A stretch of DNA of 56,955 bases from a virus. Its lineage: Duplodnaviria; Caudoviricetes. The position numbers and the translations under genes are program-made. Numbering within the stretch: the stretch's first letter is position 1; every line of letters begins with the position of its first letter. Shown one piece after another: positions 55,860-56,955 of this stretch. The notes below the pieces were generated by a model, which saw only the letters and a program-made list of their open reading frames with translations, did not search any database and had not been told where the DNA came from. Location of the stretch: the IMG/VR virus record IMGVR_UViG_3300012948_000001, positions 1 through 56,955 of that record. One strand, written 5' to 3'.

Positions 55860-55994
55860 ATGACAGATCAAGAGATCAAAGAGCAGATCGCTCTTTATCT
55901 TGAGCGCAAGAATCAAGTAGCGCAGAAAAACGGGAAAGAGACTCACGCACAAAGTCCAATGGAAGCAGCATTGGCAAAAGCTATCGCCAGATAG
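55860..55994 (+). CDS. Small hypothetical protein, 44 aa (not in ORF track)
   Basis: AAGGGA SD then ATG. Confidence 0.5.
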   Translation: MTDQEIKEQIALYLERKNQVAQKNGKETHAQSPMEAALAKAIAR

Positions 55995-56044
55995 CTAGTT
56001 CATCCGGAGCATTCTTTCGGGAATGCTCCCATGAGCTAGTTATC
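55990..56044 (+). promoter_or_regulatory. Intergenic hairpin with UUCG loop, candidate RNase III-type site
   Basis: gatagctagttcat..ggagcattct-ttcg-ggaatgctcc..atgagctagttatc. Confidence 0.6.
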
Positions 56045-56057
56045 GAAAGGAGGTGAA

Positions 56058-56294
56058 ATGACACATAAGCTGAAGTTCAAGCAAGAGGTATCTGTACATC
56101 ATCTCAAGAAGAATGATGAGTATGTGATGCATGGGTTTTACCTCGACGAAGATGAGGAGTATATCTGGATCGAAGGTACTGTCGGAGACAAGATTGGTCG
56201 CGTCATGCAGTTTCCGAAAGCTCAAGTGTTGTTTCTTGAGTACGAAGAGCGCAACAAACTACGGGATTCATACGACGAACATTGGGAAAAGTAA
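56058..56294 (+). CDS. Hypothetical protein
   Basis: AGGAGGTGA SD then ATG. Confidence 0.7.
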   Translation: MTHKLKFKQEVSVHHLKKNDEYVMHGFYLDEDEEYIWIEGTVGDKIGRVMQFPKAQVLFLEYEERNKLRDSYDEHWEK

Positions 56295-56337
56295 GTCTGA
56301 TGCAGCAATCTTTCGGGATTGCTGCACTGGATTTATT
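56290..56337 (+). promoter_or_regulatory. Intergenic hairpin with UUCG loop
   Basis: agtaagtctgatgcagcaatct-ttcg-ggattgctgcactggatttatt. Confidence 0.55.
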
Positions 56338-56354
56338 GATAGAAAGGAGGTGAC

Positions 56355-56510
56355 ATGGAACCTCGTGAGTTGCATATGCTTTTGAAGAGCGTTGTGCAAC
56401 CGGACGTAATGGTCGCATACGATGAATCGGAGGATGATTATATTCTCACGTTTCAGGAAGATGCAAACACCATTCGTGCAATGAGAATCGAGGTCAAGGA
56501 GGTGAAGTGA
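56355..56510 (+). CDS. Small hypothetical protein, 51 aa (not in ORF track)
   Basis: AGGAGGTGA SD; GTGA overlap with next gene. Confidence 0.65.
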   Translation: MEPRELHMLLKSVVQPDVMVAYDESEDDYILTFQEDANTIRAMRIEVKEVK

Positions 56511-56755
56511 ACGAAAAGCTCAAGCGGATCAATTGCGAGGTTGTTACAAACCTCGAAGTGATCTATCAGATGACTCCCGAACAGAGTTACGCGATAGAAC
56601 ATATCGCGATGAACTTCAAAGCAAGTAAAGTCCGCCTGTGGGGCCGGTTTTATCCGGATCAACCGGAAGATTACATTACAGGCGCATTGTTCGACCATAA
56701 GGATATGTTGATCTACGAATTTGGCGTAGATTCAACAGGACGGATATCTAGTTAG
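56507..56755 (+). CDS. Hypothetical protein
   Basis: AAGGAGGTGA SD with GTG. Confidence 0.7.
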   Translation: MNEKLKRINCEVVTNLEVIYQMTPEQSYAIEHIAMNFKASKVRLWGRFYPDQPEDYITGALFDHKDMLIYEFGVDSTGRISS

Positions 56756-56781
56756 AACGGAAAGAAATTTTCCGGCACCCC

Positions 56782-56810
56782 TTGACTTTGGAAAGGAGGT
56801 GTGGTAAGCT
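56782..56810 (+). promoter_or_regulatory. Housekeeping-sigma promoter
   Basis: TTGACT-17-TAAGCT with TG extension. Confidence 0.55.
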
Positions 56811-56955
56811 TGGAAGCGCCTACGGGAGAACTGCTTTTGAAACGCACAACTCAGCACGGAGATAAAACGGAAATTCGGTTTATCCCAGGAACACCAGAAG
56901 GATCGTTTACATTTGTAATCGGTCTGTCGCAGTTTCCGTGTATCTCATGGAGTGA
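56810..56955 (+). CDS. Junction-spanning hypothetical protein, continuing to stop at 164-166
   Basis: AAAGGAGGTG SD with TTG; MEAPTGELLLKR...FDAEKT*. Confidence 0.6.
   Translation, partial: MEAPTGELLLKRTTQHGDKTEIRFIPGTPEGSFTFVIGLSQFPCISWS
56833..56955. repeat. Terminal direct repeat, copy 2
   Basis: Identical to 1-123. Confidence 0.95.

Noticed and set aside
1-56955. Many opposite-strand ORFs in the track; alternative genetic code
   Set aside because: They are shadows of well-supported genes without SD signals; core genes are intact under the standard code with all three stop codons used.

Overview
The window appears to be a complete circular (or circularly permuted) genome of a tailed dsDNA phage, about 56.8 kb. 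Bases 1-123 recur exactly at 56833-56955, and an ORF reads through that junction. There are two converging transcriptional halves. The + strand (about 52.4 kb through the junction to 23.65 kb) carries many small early genes, then a replication module (SNF2 helicase, Cas4/RecB-like exonuclease, AAA recombinase, SSB, primase-helicase, UDG-fused PolA, RuvC-like resolvase) and an amidase endolysin. The - strand (52.2 kb to 23.6 kb) carries a siphovirus-type virion module (TerL, Mu-like portal and protease-scaffold, MCP, tail tube, frameshifted tail chaperone, TMP, tail tip), two holin-like paralogs and a LuxR-type HTH. No integrase, clear repressor, CRISPR array, reverse transcriptase or complete tRNA was seen. 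GGAGGTGA Shine-Dalgarno sites, a Gram-positive SOS box and an Rpf-like gene suggest an actinobacterial host, possibly Thermoleophilia/Gaiellales (inference). Main observations not explained by the ORF track: (1) a secreted Rpf-like lytic transglycosylase gene with an ATT/ATC start behind a highly structured leader; (2) a family of intergenic RNA stems with a shared YUAGU box in the early region, some enclosing 130-150 nt structured RNAs with kissing loops and one enclosing a whole ORF; (3) a promoter / Pro-rich peptide / structured RNA / CxCG protein cassette; (4) a protease-scaffold whose N-terminus copies the MCP N-terminus at the protein level; (5) a large block of paralogous fibre genes placed between the putative TerS and TerL. 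All calls were made by eye without database searches.
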